A stretch of 64,000 bases of DNA, taken from assembly GCA_951406725.2 (NCBI GenBank), contig OX597815.1, positions 187,054,001 to 187,118,000 of the forward strand, written 5' to 3'. Position 1 is the first letter of the stretch; the number at the start of each line of letters is the position of its first letter. Position numbers and translations under genes: made by a program. Under the pieces are notes generated by a model. The model saw only the letters and a list, made by a program, of their open reading frames with translations. It was not told the DNA's origin and did no database searches. Of the stretch, positions 39,130-51,800 are shown piece after piece. The stretch is from Octopus vulgaris. Lineage: Eukaryota.

Positions 39130-40135
39130 CACAAGTGGTAGTTGTGTAGTGGTAGTGGTGCTGATGTTGGTGCTGCTAGTGCTGCTGCTGTTGTTGTTAT
39201 TGCTGCTGTTGTTGCTGCTAGTGCTGTTGGTGCTGTTACTACCACTGCTGCTGGTGCTACTGTTAGTACCACTGCTGCTGGTGCTGCTGGTGGTGCTCGC
39301 TGCTGCTGATGTTGCTGCTGATGTTGCTGCTGCTGCTGCTGCTACCACTGCTGCTGCTGTTGATGTTGCTGCTGCTGCTGCTGCTGATGTTGCTGCTGCT
39401 GCTGTTACTACCACTGGTGCTGCTGCTGCTGGTGCTCGCTGCTGCTGCTGGTGCTCGCTGCTGCTGTTACTACCACTGCTGCTGCTGCTCGCTGCTGCTG
39501 ATGTTGCTGCTGCTGCTGTTATTACCACTGCTGCTGCTACTGCTGTTGGTACTTGCTGCTGCTGCTGTTACTACCACTGCTGCTGCTGCTGGTGCTCGCT
39601 GCTGCTGATGTTGCTGCTGCTGCTGTTATTACCACTGCTGCTGCTACTGCTGGTGCTCGCTGCTGCTGCTGCTGTTGGTGCTTGCTGCTACTGCTGTTAC
39701 TACCACTGCTGCTGCTGGTGCTCGCTGCTGCTGATATTGCTGCTGCTGCTGCTGCTGCTAGTACCACTGCTGCTGCTGATATTGCTGCTGCTGCTGCTGC
39801 TGCTAGTACCACTGCTGCTGGTGCTGCTGCTAGTACCACTGCTGCTGGTGCTGCTGCTGGTGCTGCTGCTACTGCTGCTGCTGCTGCTGATTATGATGCT
39901 GCTGCTGCTGCTGCTGCTGATGCTCGCTGCTGCTGGTGCTGCTGCTGTTGCTGATGTTGCTGTTATTGCTACTGTTGTTGCTGGTGCTGCTGCTGCTGTT
40001 ACTACCACTGCTGCTGATGCTGCTGCTGTTGTTGCTAATGCTACTACTATTGTTGCTACTGCTGCTGCTGCTGCTCTTGTTGCTGCTGCTGCTTCTGTTG
40101 CTGCTGCTGCTGCTGCTGCTGTTGCTACCCTTGTT
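39130..40135. repeat. ~1-kb degenerate (CTG)n tract with higher-order units
   Basis: gctgct runs punctuated by recurring gatgtt, gtta(c/t)taccact and ggtgctcgct motifs. Confidence 0.95.
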
Positions 40136-42161
40136 GTTCCTCCCTGTTTATTAACCTGAGACAGCCAGAGTGCCAAAAACCATTGAAACGCCTGATTTTA
40201 TGTTTCTGAATTCTGCCACAATAAAGGTTGTTAACCTCCCACCCTCTCCATCTCCCTCTCTCTCTCTCCCACCAACCTTCCCTTCCACCCTCTCTCCATC
40301 CCTCCAATCCTCCCCATCTTCCCTCCCAACCCTCCCTCCCACCCCTCCCCCTCTAACACTACAACTTTGATAACATAACTATGATCACTAATCTATTGGA
40401 ATTACTCTCTTTATACTCTTTTACTTGTTTCAGTCATTTGACTGCGGCCATGCTGGAGCACCGCCTTTAGTCGAGCAAATCGACCCCAGGACTTATTCTT
40501 TGTAAGCCCAGTACTTATTCTATCGGTCTCTTTTGCCAAACCGCTAAGTTACGGGGACGTAAACACACCAGCATCGGTTGTCAAGCAATGCTAGGGAGAC
40601 AAACACACACACACATATATATATACATACATATATACGACAGGCTTCTTTCAGTTTCCGTCTACCAAATCCACTCACAAGGCTTTGGTTGGCCCAAGGT
40701 TATAGTAGAAGACACTTGCCCAAGATTCCACGCAGTGGGACTGAACCCGGAACCATGTGGTTGGTAAGCAAGCTACTTACCACACAGCCACTCCTGTGCC
40801 ATTGGTACTTTTTATCTATAAACGACAGAAACCTACATTATATTGTAAGAGTAGCAGGCATGGCTGTGTGGTTAAGAAGCTGGCTTTGCAACCACTTGGT
40901 TTCCGGTTCAGTCCCACTGTGTGACACCTAAACCAGGACTGCCATCTTATGTTGGCAAACAATCTTTACTACAAAGTACTGTGGCTGAATATCTCACATT
41001 GTGAGATTTAAAAATAGTAATTTTCTAATTAATTTTAGTATTTGGTTTGCAAGATTCTTTATGTGAATTCGTGTGTTGGAGCATATTTTATTGTGACTGG
41101 GGAGGGTCATTCTCCTTTAGTGCCTTATTAATTTAATACACTCACTGGTATGATTTCCGCTCATTTCATTCTTTTATTTTTTTATTGGTTTCAATCATTT
41201 GACTACAGCCATACTGGAGCCCCCAGGACTTATTCTTTGTAAGCCTAGTACTTATTCTATCGGTCTCTTTTGCCGAACCGCTAAGTTATGGGAATATAAA
41301 CACACCAATGTTGGTTGTCAAGCGATGGTGAGGGGACAAACACACACACACACACACAAATATACGACAGGCTTCTTTCAGTTTCCGTCTACCAAATCCA
41401 CTAACAAGGCTTTGGTCAGCCTGAGACTAGAGTAGAAGACACTTGCCCAAGGTGCCACGCAGTGGGACTGAACCCAGAACCATGTGATTGGAAAGCAAGC
41501 TACTTACCACACACCCACTCTTTACTTAGTTATTTTTTCTAAAATTTTCGTTGCAACCTTTTCAATCACTGTTGAAAATGTTGCAAGACACAAGGAAGAT
41601 TTTAAGAAAAAATAAATAAATAAATGATTGGAAATTGAGCCAGTGAGTGTGTTGAATAATGAGACACTAAAAGAGAATGACTCTCCCCAGACACAATAAC
41701 TAATTAATATTGCATTGTGGGATTTGGAGATTAGTAGATAGACAGTAGGTGTTGTTGGTATTCCTTCAGTTTACTTAGCCAAATCCTTGCACAGAGTGTT
41801 ACTGAGTTAATTGCAGAGAAGGGAACATATAGATCCCTACTACTTAGATGTGTGTGTGTGCGTGTATGTGTACATACACTCCCCCCACTACACACACATA
41901 TATATTTCTTTACTGCCCACAAGGGGCTAAACATAGAGGGGACAAACAAGGAAAGACAAAGGGATTAAGTCGATTAAATCGACCCCAGTGCGTAACTGGT
42001 ACTTATTTAATCGACACCGAAAGAATGAAAGGCAAAGTCGACCTCGGCAGAATTTGAACTCAGAACGTAGCGACAGGCGAAATACCGCTAAGCATTTCGC
42101 CCGGCATGCTAACGTTTCTGCCAGCTTGCCACCTTCCCTGCCACACACACACATATATATA

Positions 42162-42526
42162 AAAGATGGAGGTGGATATTGCACAAAACTAAATTTAAGA
42201 CGTTTCAATTTAAGAGGGAATTTAATAAAAATGATTTTAAAAATTATATGAAGAAAAAATTACCATTTTCAATGAATCTCATCTTATCAAATATCAGTAA
42301 AAATTTATAAAAATTTGGATTAAAAACAGTTTATCTTCTGTCTTGACCACCAGACAGTTTTAACTTTTATATAATTTTTATAAATTTTTACTGATATTTG
42401 ATGAGATGAGATTCATTGAAAATGGTAATATTTTCTTTATATAATTTTTAAAATCATTTTTATTAAATTTCCTCTTAAATTGAAATATCTTAAATTTACT
42501 TCTGTGCTATTTCCACCTCCATCTTT
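42162..42526. repeat. Long imperfect AT-rich palindrome (~160-bp arms), intergenic
   Basis: aaagatggaggtgga...tatcaaatatcagtaaaaatttataaaaatt / aatttttataaatttttactgatatttgat...tccacctccatcttt. Confidence 0.9.
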
Positions 42527-42568
42527 AAAAAAAAAATTTTGATTTGTATAGATCACTAATCTCTTTTC

Positions 42569-42625
<57 letters not shown>

Positions 42626-44168
42626 TATGTTCTTATATTTCATCTTACACAATCAATTTATGAATATCTGATTGGGTTATGCAACACAAACTCAATGTTG
42701 TCCCCTGTAATATTCTTCTGTTACTACCTTTCCTGATGTTTTCTCCATCCTTTGCACTGAGGAGAATGGTAATACATAATTAGATTAATTTAATTTAATT
42801 ATAATTATAATTATAATTAATTTTATTTTTTCCATGTTTCTTATATGTTGGTGTTATCATTTGAAACGGTCGTATGCATGGACTAAAATTTTATAAAACT
42901 TTCAACATCTTCTCTTCTCCATCTTTAGTTGTTAGTTGAGTTTATATAGGATTATATCCTATAAATGCTCATAACACACCACAGACTTGTTAAATTTTCA
43001 TATTTAAAAATAAATACTTACATTAGTAAGCAACAATTTTAAAATGAAGAATCTTTATAAGAAATCTAACTTTGCCCCCCCCCCCAAGCAAAAATGTTCT
43101 AATTGAACTCAACCTTTCTCATATATATATATATATATATATAAAATATTAGGGAGTATAACTCCAAACTTACAGAGAAAAATTCAATTTGGTATTAAAT
43201 CAAATTTCACAATATAAATATTTAACATATATAGATTAGAGAAAAGCCACTATTATGTAATTCAAACAATGATAGACATAAACCGAATCATAAAGAAAAA
43301 ATAAAATATATTATAAAACAAATAACTAGATCACAATATAAAATACATTATAAAACAAATAACTAGATCACAAAAATAAGAAATAAGTGGAAATTTTACC
43401 GGTGAGTGTGTTACATTATAAGGCACAAAAAGAAAATAACTCTCCCCAGACACAACAGATTATCTATAGTAATTATATTAGTTAAATTAATGACTGTGAT
43501 AATTAATGATATTTATGCAAATGATACTTATTTCTTTATTGCCCACAAGGAGCTAAACATAGAAAGGACAAACAAGGACAGACAAACGGATTAAGTCGAT
43601 TACATTGACCCCAGTGCGTAACTGGTACTTAATTTATTGACCCCGAAAGGATGAAAGCCAAAGTCGACTTCGGCGGAATTTGAACTCAGAACGTAACGGC
43701 AGACGAACTACCTATTTCTATCTCTTTACTACCCACAAGGGGCTAAACACAGAGAGGACAAACAAGGACAGACAAACGGATTAAGTCGATTATATCGACC
43801 CCAGTGCATAACTGGTATTTATTTAATCGACCCCGAAAGGATGAAAGGCAAAGTCGGCCTCAGTAGAATTTGAACTCAGAACGTAATGGCAGACAAAATA
43901 CCGCTAAGCATTTCGCCCGGCATGCTAACGTTTCTGCCAGTGATTAGTGCAAGTATATGTAAATATGAGTGTGTATGTATATGTGTGCATGTATATAAAA
44001 TCGCAATGAGTTATAAGATACTAATATAAGTGTGGAGCATTTAGCCACATTTTAGATTGAGAGTGAATATATATTCCTATATTTCAATGAGACTGTTATC
44101 AACTTGCCTCATGTCTTTCTTTTTGTCTTTACCTGCTAAAGCAGCATTGTCTTTAAAATAAGTTAAAA

Positions 44169-44532
44169 CTAGCAGTATCGCCTGGCGTTGCTCGGGTTTG
44201 TTTTGACCCTTCAGAATTGGAATTTTTGAAAAGTAAAAAGTTTGCATTATGTAGCTTGTTATTCTCTTTAAGTGAACATTTTTCTGGTTGAAATACACCG
44301 AAAAATGGCGATACAGCAGTCAAAATATCGTAAAAAGGGGATTTTCATAGAAAAAAAGCACCTTTTTGATATAAATAATTTTTGGTGTTAACATGGTCTG
44401 ATTCAAATTTTATCTTCTACGGAATGAAGAGCAAGCCTTCTTCTATCATACTCTCAATTTCGGAGGAGATAGTGTTAGTTGAAGGCTACCAAACCTGCCA
44501 TACACAGACAACCTCAGTTTTATATATATAGA
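44169..44532 (-). mobile_element. Non-autonomous Helitron
   Basis: Closely similar to 8533-8937 with a short internal deletion. Confidence 0.8.
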
Positions 44533-45626
44533 TTAATCAAAAATTTTGACAAACTTTCATCCACTCCCCATCCATCAATCCAGCTAGCTAGCCCATGTCT
44601 CATGCATCAGTCTATCATCTCTGCTCACTATTCTTATAAGATGCATGTAGTGTAGGTAGGGTCCTTAGGCACCTCTTCCATTGGGTCCTAAGAGAAGCAA
44701 CCATCATTAGAGTCTCCAGTTGGATTTCAAAACATGACCAATTGAGACTATGAATGTTATTCAACCAATCTCATTTGTGGTTTACCCTTAGGTTTCCTGC
44801 CACTTGGCTCAGCTTGAAGAATCTGTCTTGCAATTCTTTCTTGCAAAATTCTAAATAATATTAGAGTTATGACTCCTCAGTGTAAGGAAGTTAGGGTTCA
44901 ACCTGGAGAGACTCCCTGATCTTCAAGTTACACACACTCTTGAGTCACATCACTCCAGGGGCCCTTTGGATAAACTTTTCCTCTAAATTTGCAATTTAAA
45001 TTTCATTTCATTTCCAGCTTATGCAAATATTTTAAGAATAGTTAATCCTCATAAAAAGTTCGTTATCTGGTGTATAAATTTAGTTCAACATTTTTTTGCA
45101 TCTATTTTTAAAATATTTGCGTCTATTTAAAAAAATGTTTTTTCTGAATGCATTAAAAGAAGTTCTTAAAAAGCAAATAAGCAACTATATATACTATACT
45201 TTATTTCTGTATAATTAAACTTGTTTTACTAAATTACAAATCATTCTTTTCACTGGTGGCAATGACAAAGCTTGATTAATTAAAGCTATCATGATCGTCC
45301 CATTGTGCTAACACTTATTTCTCACTCTATCTGCAAGAGTTTAGAATGACTTTATTACTCATATTTAAACACACTACGCATTAGCTAAGTTTCTGTCTCA
45401 CTGTACAAGTAATTACCCAGCTCTCTACATTTGTAAAGTCTCTTTTATAAGATCTTATTATTCACATTAATTGCTTGATTAACTGTGTCACTGTTAAGAG
45501 ATCTTTCACAATGTCTGTCTTGAACAGTAAAAATAAAGAAATTAATATATAAAGAACTCATTATCCATGCTTAAAATCTAATGAACTAATGCCCAAGACT
45601 GTTGTTGTTATTTTGAGAATAAAGGT

Positions 45627-45633
45627 TATAAAA
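45627..45633 (+). promoter_or_regulatory. Putative TATA box of gene 2
   Basis: TATAAAAGCAGGAACAACAG about 160 bp upstream of the ATG, similar to gene 1 TATAAAAAGCTGGACATCAA. Confidence 0.45.
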
Positions 45634-45790
45634 GCAGGAACAACAGCACAAGGAAAGCAGAAGTTTCAAGCAAATTTAATGTTTATCTCAAGGATAATAT
45701 AAGACTAATAACGTTTATTCCAAGGATAATACAAAAAGAAAACCCCATCAAAACTGATTTATACATTACTAAAATAATATAAAATTACCA

Positions 45791-45859
45791 ATGGAGGCTT
45801 TCAATACTCATGGTCTCGTTAACAGAATAGTGGATAGATTGCCATCAAAACAGCTTTTG
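45791..45859 (+). CDS. PEBP: PEBP gene 2, coding exon 1
   Basis: ATG at 45791; donor GTAAGA at 45860; start of ORF 45791..45976. Confidence 0.87.
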
Positions 45860-48800
45860 GTAAGACAGCAATTTCTTTCTTTTCTTTCATTATTTTATTC
45901 TTTTACCGTTTTTATTATTGGGATATGCCATGCTGGGGCATTGCTTTCAAAGATAGTCTTTTATCCAATTATATAAAACCTAGTATTTTCACAGATATTT
46001 ATTGTATTGATCTCATATGTGAGGATAAGCCAATGGTTCTCAACTGGCGTTCACATGACCCCGTAGGGGCCTGTATAAGATTTTGTCGTTAAAATTTGTC
46101 TGAAATAGTATGGTTGTGAGGATAAGCCAATGGTTCTCAATTGGCGTTCACATGACCCGTAGGGGCCTGTATAAGATTTTCTCGTTAAAATTTGTCTGAA
46201 ATAATATGGTTGTGAGGATAAGCCAATGGTTCTCAACAGGCATTCACATGACCCATAGGGGCCTGTATAAGATTTTCTCGTTAAAATTTGTCTGAAATAA
46301 TATGGTTGTGAGGATAAGCCAATGGTTCTCAACTGGTGTTCACATGACCCGTAGGGGCCTGTATAAGATTTTGTTGTTAAAATTTGTCTGAAATAATATG
46401 GTTGTGAGGATAAGCCAATAGTTCTCAACAGGCGTTCACATGACCCGTAGGGGTTTGTATAAGATTTTGTCATTAAAATTTGTCTGAAATAATATGGTTG
46501 TGAGGATAAGCCAATGGTTCTCAACTGGCGTTCACATGACCCGTAGGGGCCTGTATAAGATTTTCTCGTTAAAATTTGTCTGAAATAATATGGTTGTGAG
46601 GATAAGCCAATGGTTCTCAACAGGCGTTCACATGACCCGTAGGGGCCTGTATAAGATTTTGTCGTTAAAATTTGTCTGAAATAATATGGTTGTGAGGATA
46701 AGCCAATGGTTCTCAACAGGCGTTCACATGACCCGTAGGGGCTTGTATAAGATTTTCTCGTTAAAATTTGTCTGAAATAATATGATTGTGAGGATAAGCC
46801 AATGGTTCTTAACTGGCGTTCACATGACCCGTAGGGGCTTGTATAAGATTTTGTTGTCAAAATTTGTCTGAAATAATATGGTTGTGAGGATAAGCCAATG
46901 GTTCTCAACTGGCGTTCACATGACCCGTAGGGGCCTGTATAAGATTTTGTTGTTAAAATTTGTCTGAAATAATATGGTTGTGAGGATAAGCCAATGGTTC
47001 TCAACTGGCATTCACATGACCCATAGGGGCCTGTATAAGATTTTGTTGTTAAAATTTGTCTGAAATAATATGGTTGTGAGGATAAGCCAATGGTTCTCAA
47101 CTGGCGTTCACATGACCCATAGGGGCCTGTATAAGATTTTGTTGTTAAAATTTGTCTGAAATAATAAGGTTATATTTTTACAATGCACAAAATATTTTAA
47201 TAATTATTTTTTATACAATTCTTTATAATATCTAATTTAAAAAATATAGTAGGATTTTTTTAATCATTGGATGGTTACGAGGGTCCATCCGAACAAAATA
47301 GGAATTAGAGGGGTCCATAGATAAAAATGGTTGAGAACCACTGGGGTGGGGGGATAGGCAAATCAACCGTCAGGTAAAGGGACATAACTTAGATGGCACC
47401 AAATGCTGCAAGGTAATTTTTATTTGATGCACTGATGCTGTGCCTCTTCAAACTCACAAACCTTATCAATGACATACCTACTCTCTTCAAGATCTGTCTT
47501 GATTCTGTCTTAAGGCAGACTCTGATTTCCAGTACATACATACATCCAGATCCTGAACACTATAGAGCTTTCCTGCAATTGGACCTGGACACAATGCAGC
47601 AACGGATCATGGACTGACAACCCAAGCTGACTGTGGACAAGTGTACCATCATGCATTTTGGGAGGAAAAACCCGGCATCCACATACTCCCTCTACAATAA
47701 GAAGTTTTCTTGTGAATGTGATCTGGACATTTGTGCTGGACAAAGGAAATCTCTTGGCCTTCTTGACAATTATTAACCATCGTGTCAACAACCACCTTGA
47801 GCATCTTTTTGAGCTCCAGGTGTCTAACACACCTGGGCATGCCTTACAAAGTCAGAAAACAGCACAGCTCCCATGATTTTCGGAAACATTTTTCACACTC
47901 AGAGTTGCTGAAGCATGAAACAAACTACCTGCATCGCTTGTTAGCTGCCGAGACATTGCATCCTTTAAAACTTCCGTGCTTCCTGAAATTCCCCAACACT
48001 ACACCTGATATCCACCCATCTCCCTATGCATGCACACATGTATATCATGACTCATACACTGATCACTTTCCTGACATTTGTACATAATTCTATGTACTAT
48101 ACATGCACTTTTGATTAGTCATAGTGCACCCTCAGCACTATACACAATAATTGTGGAGGCACATTGCCTAGTGGTTAAAGCAGTGGACTCGTAGTTGAGA
48201 GATTGCGGGTTCAAATCTCAGACCGGGCGATGTGTGTGTTTATGAGCGAAACACCTAAGCTCCACGCGGCTCTGGCAGAAGGTAATGCCAAACTTCTGCT
48301 GACTCTTTCACCACAACTTTCTCTCACTCTTTCCTCCTGCGTCTTGCAGCTAACCTGCGACGGACTGGCTTCCCGTCCAGGTGAGGAACCTATACACCAA
48401 GGAAACCAGGAAACCGGCCCTTATGAGCCAGGGATGGCTTGAGAAGGAGAAGGAAACAACACAATAATTTCATTATTTCTTATTTTTTAATTTTTTATAC
48501 ATACATGTACATTTGCATAAATATATATGCACATATGCACACAATTACATACAAACACTCACTCAGAATGACAGAAAATTATCATTTGTGCTTATTTTGT
48601 CCCTTAATTTTCCCAGTGTATTTTCAATCTATGTTCTTACACTGCTTACTGTCAGTAGTTATTTTCTAGTGCTACCAGTAATATGTCAGAGTTCGGTCAT
48701 TAAGTACTATGATTGACTCTCATTAAAGTTGATAATCTGTCTAGCCGAAAAAATAATTTTTCACACTTACTCTTTTGTTTTTGTGTGTATGGATATGTGT

Positions 48801-51800
48801 TCTAAAGAAAGCTAAGCCTTAATTAACTAATGTAATATACCTCCTCTGATAATTAAAATAGGCAAAGTTTCTGGGTAATTACATAAGACTTTATGTAGTC
48901 TTCCAATGATGTCTACATTATAGAGGGTTTCTATTGCTTTCATGAGACCTGTGCCAGAATTTGAAATTAACTGTCAATTATATGACTGGTGAAATTGGTA
49001 GAGCGTTGAATTAAATGCTTTGTGGTCTTTAGTTGCCAACCACTTCGTTCTAAGTTCAAATTTCAATGGGATCAACATGGCTTTTTATCCTTCTTGGTTG
49101 ATAAAATATGCACCAATTGTGAAAGTTCATGGCTCAGTGGTTAGTGTATACTGCTCGTGGTTGTAAAGTCATGAGTTCTGTTCCTGGTGGAACGTTGTGT
49201 CCTTGAGTAAGACACTTTATTTTACATTGCACCAGTCCACTCAGCTGGCAAAAACGAGATGTACTTGTTATTTAAAAAGCAAGCCTTGTTACAGTCTGTC
49301 TTGATGAATCTCCCTGAGAACTACGTTAAGGGTACACGTGTCTATGGAGTGCTCAGCCACTTACATTTCAATTTCCCAACCAGGCTGTTCCATTGATTGG
49401 GTCAACTGAAACCTTCACCATTGTAAACAATAGAGTGCCAATTCAATTTGAGTATCTAATTGACTTAATCGACTATAGACTTGTAGTGGATCTTGCAAGC
49501 ATGAAGTGGTTTCGATCCACCATAGCCAAATTTAAATTAACACTGCAACAGAACTTTTCCCACGGTGGAACAATGGTTTTTCTCTGACAGTAGTTTTACA
49601 TTTTCCAGATGACTTTGGCTAGGTTGAAATAATGTCTTCACCACTTGACCCTTTCTATCCTCTTCTACTTCACCAAAAGCCAGAATAGAGATAACAAGAC
49701 CAACGACTAAATCTATTGTTCTCAATGATATGTCTATCCTTCTGGATACCTATAAAAGCAAGAACCCCCAAGCAAAAACCAAGTAGTCACTTGGGGACAA
49801 CTGAGTGAGGCAGCTCGTAACAACTCAATTAGTTAGGGAATGGACTGCTAGAATCATGATCACAAGGAATGCCTCTACTAAAGATAATGGTCAGTGAGAG
49901 AAATGAAATTTACTGTCAGTAACATCCTACAACTCTCACTAGCTCTAATTCTGTTCTCTTACAACATCATCCTATCTGTCTCCGCAATTACTACTAAACA
50001 ATGAAGAGGACACAAACACAAACTTTACTTCTCATGCTTTTGAATGTATCAAAACTTGCTCGTTGAGGCAAGGTATTTCAAAGTAACGGTAAATAAATAC
50101 TTTCTTAAAACTTCATGCATCATTCATCTTTCACATCCTACAGTATGCAATTATAGCAACAAATTTTTATCGTTACAACTGCTGACTTCGACATTTCACA
50201 TTATTGTTTACTAATCCATCAGGAGTGATACCGGAATGGACATGGCCAGTCTGAAGGAAGCGGCCCAGAATAGAACTGACTGGAGGACACTGATTCAACG
50301 AGTGACTGAGAATCGACTTCGACTGAGCGGATAGAGAGAGAGAGAGTTTACTAATCAATTTCTCCCGCTACAATTGGTGACCCTCGACTTCAACTTTAAA
50401 AGCTTTATCGTTACAGACTTGTCCCAAATTTCGGGGCCTTGTGCCTGTATGAGAAATCAATAATGTAATCTGCCCACATTCTACAGCAGTAACCTGCATT
50501 CCTTTATTGTGTCTACTTTTAATTACTTGGACAATGCCATTGATAGATCAATGATTCTGAGAGTGACTTACTGTTGCATCATTGATAAAACGGTAGTGCA
50601 TGGTAGATCCAACTCTTTTGATATCAACCCTGCTGAGACTAGCCCTGGTTCTATATGACTTTCCAGCTACAAAGGAATCAAAATTAAGAGCTTACATCAA
50701 AATTTCATGTTAATTAATGTTCCAAACACCAGCTTAACCCTTTAGCACTCAGAATTACTCTGCCAAATCTAATGCTTATTTATTCACATTGTTTTGAATT
50801 AATCATGCATTATCTCATAGCTTTGAGATTTCAAGGATGTGATTGTTTATATTTAGAATGACATTGTAGGGTAGGTGTGAGAGGCTGGATCCAATCCAGA
50901 GACATGCCATGTAGGTAGACAAGGTAGGCAGTGCCTACCTTGAATAAAGTAGATCGACAGCAACATTTACCATTTATGGCAAAATATGCCCCTAATTCAA
51001 TAAAAATATGAAGGTTACTCTGATTACTATGCATAAAATGCAAAATATTTTATTTTTATGTAGATTAGGTAGGCATAATTCGTCCCTGCTTTTCAATCTC
51101 TGTATTAAGGCTACACATAGTATTACTGTAGTACACATGCTGCGTACATTCCTACAACAACGTTTTCTTTACGCACTATAAAGGCAGGAGTAAATCTGCC
51201 ACCCGCTTAGCTGTGTTTCACTTATTTTTTTGCGTATTTTACTACATAAATGTCACCAACTGCCTACCCTGAGTAATTACTAACAGCACGTGACTGATCT
51301 AATCAGTTTGAACAGAGGACAAGCAGAATATTTGGGCTGAATGAGGCCAGTTTAAATGCTAAAGGGTTAATAACGGTTTCAAATTTTGATACAAGACTGG
51401 CAAGTTCAGGGGAAGGTGTAAGTCGATTACATTGACACCCCCCCCCAGTACATAACTGGTACTTATTTCATCAGCCCTGAAAGGATGAAAGTCAAAGCTG
51501 ACCTCAGTGGAATTTGAACTCAGAACATAAAAACATATGAAATGGCACTAAGTGTTTTTAAACAGCACAGTCATCATCATCATTGTTTGACCGTGGTCGA
51601 GACAATGGAATTTACCATGCTACGCCAGACTTCACGGTCCATCATGGCATTACGGAGGTCCTGTTGCTGGATGCCTGTATCCCTGGAGATTACATCAGGG
51701 TAGGAGAGTGTGCGCCCTCTGGTATTGCGAGTAGATGGCTTCAAGAGGAGAAGAGTAGAAATTACTTCTTTTTCAGCTCTACAACAATGTCCAGCAAACT

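Noticed and set aside
39028-40176. Several long poly-Leu/Ala/Ser ORFs (up to 353 aa)
   Set aside because: These are translations of a CTG microsatellite open in most frames, with no domain content or exon signals.
46051-47100. 349-aa minus-strand ORF of 32-aa repeats
   Set aside because: It is a by-product of a 96-bp unit (a multiple of 3) lacking a stop in one frame. The unit derives from a hAT MITE end, has no ATG start or splice context, and lies antisense in an intron.
46018-47168. CRISPR-like appearance of regularly spaced repeats
   Set aside because: The units repeat over their whole length with no unique spacers; the context is eukaryotic and there are no cas genes.
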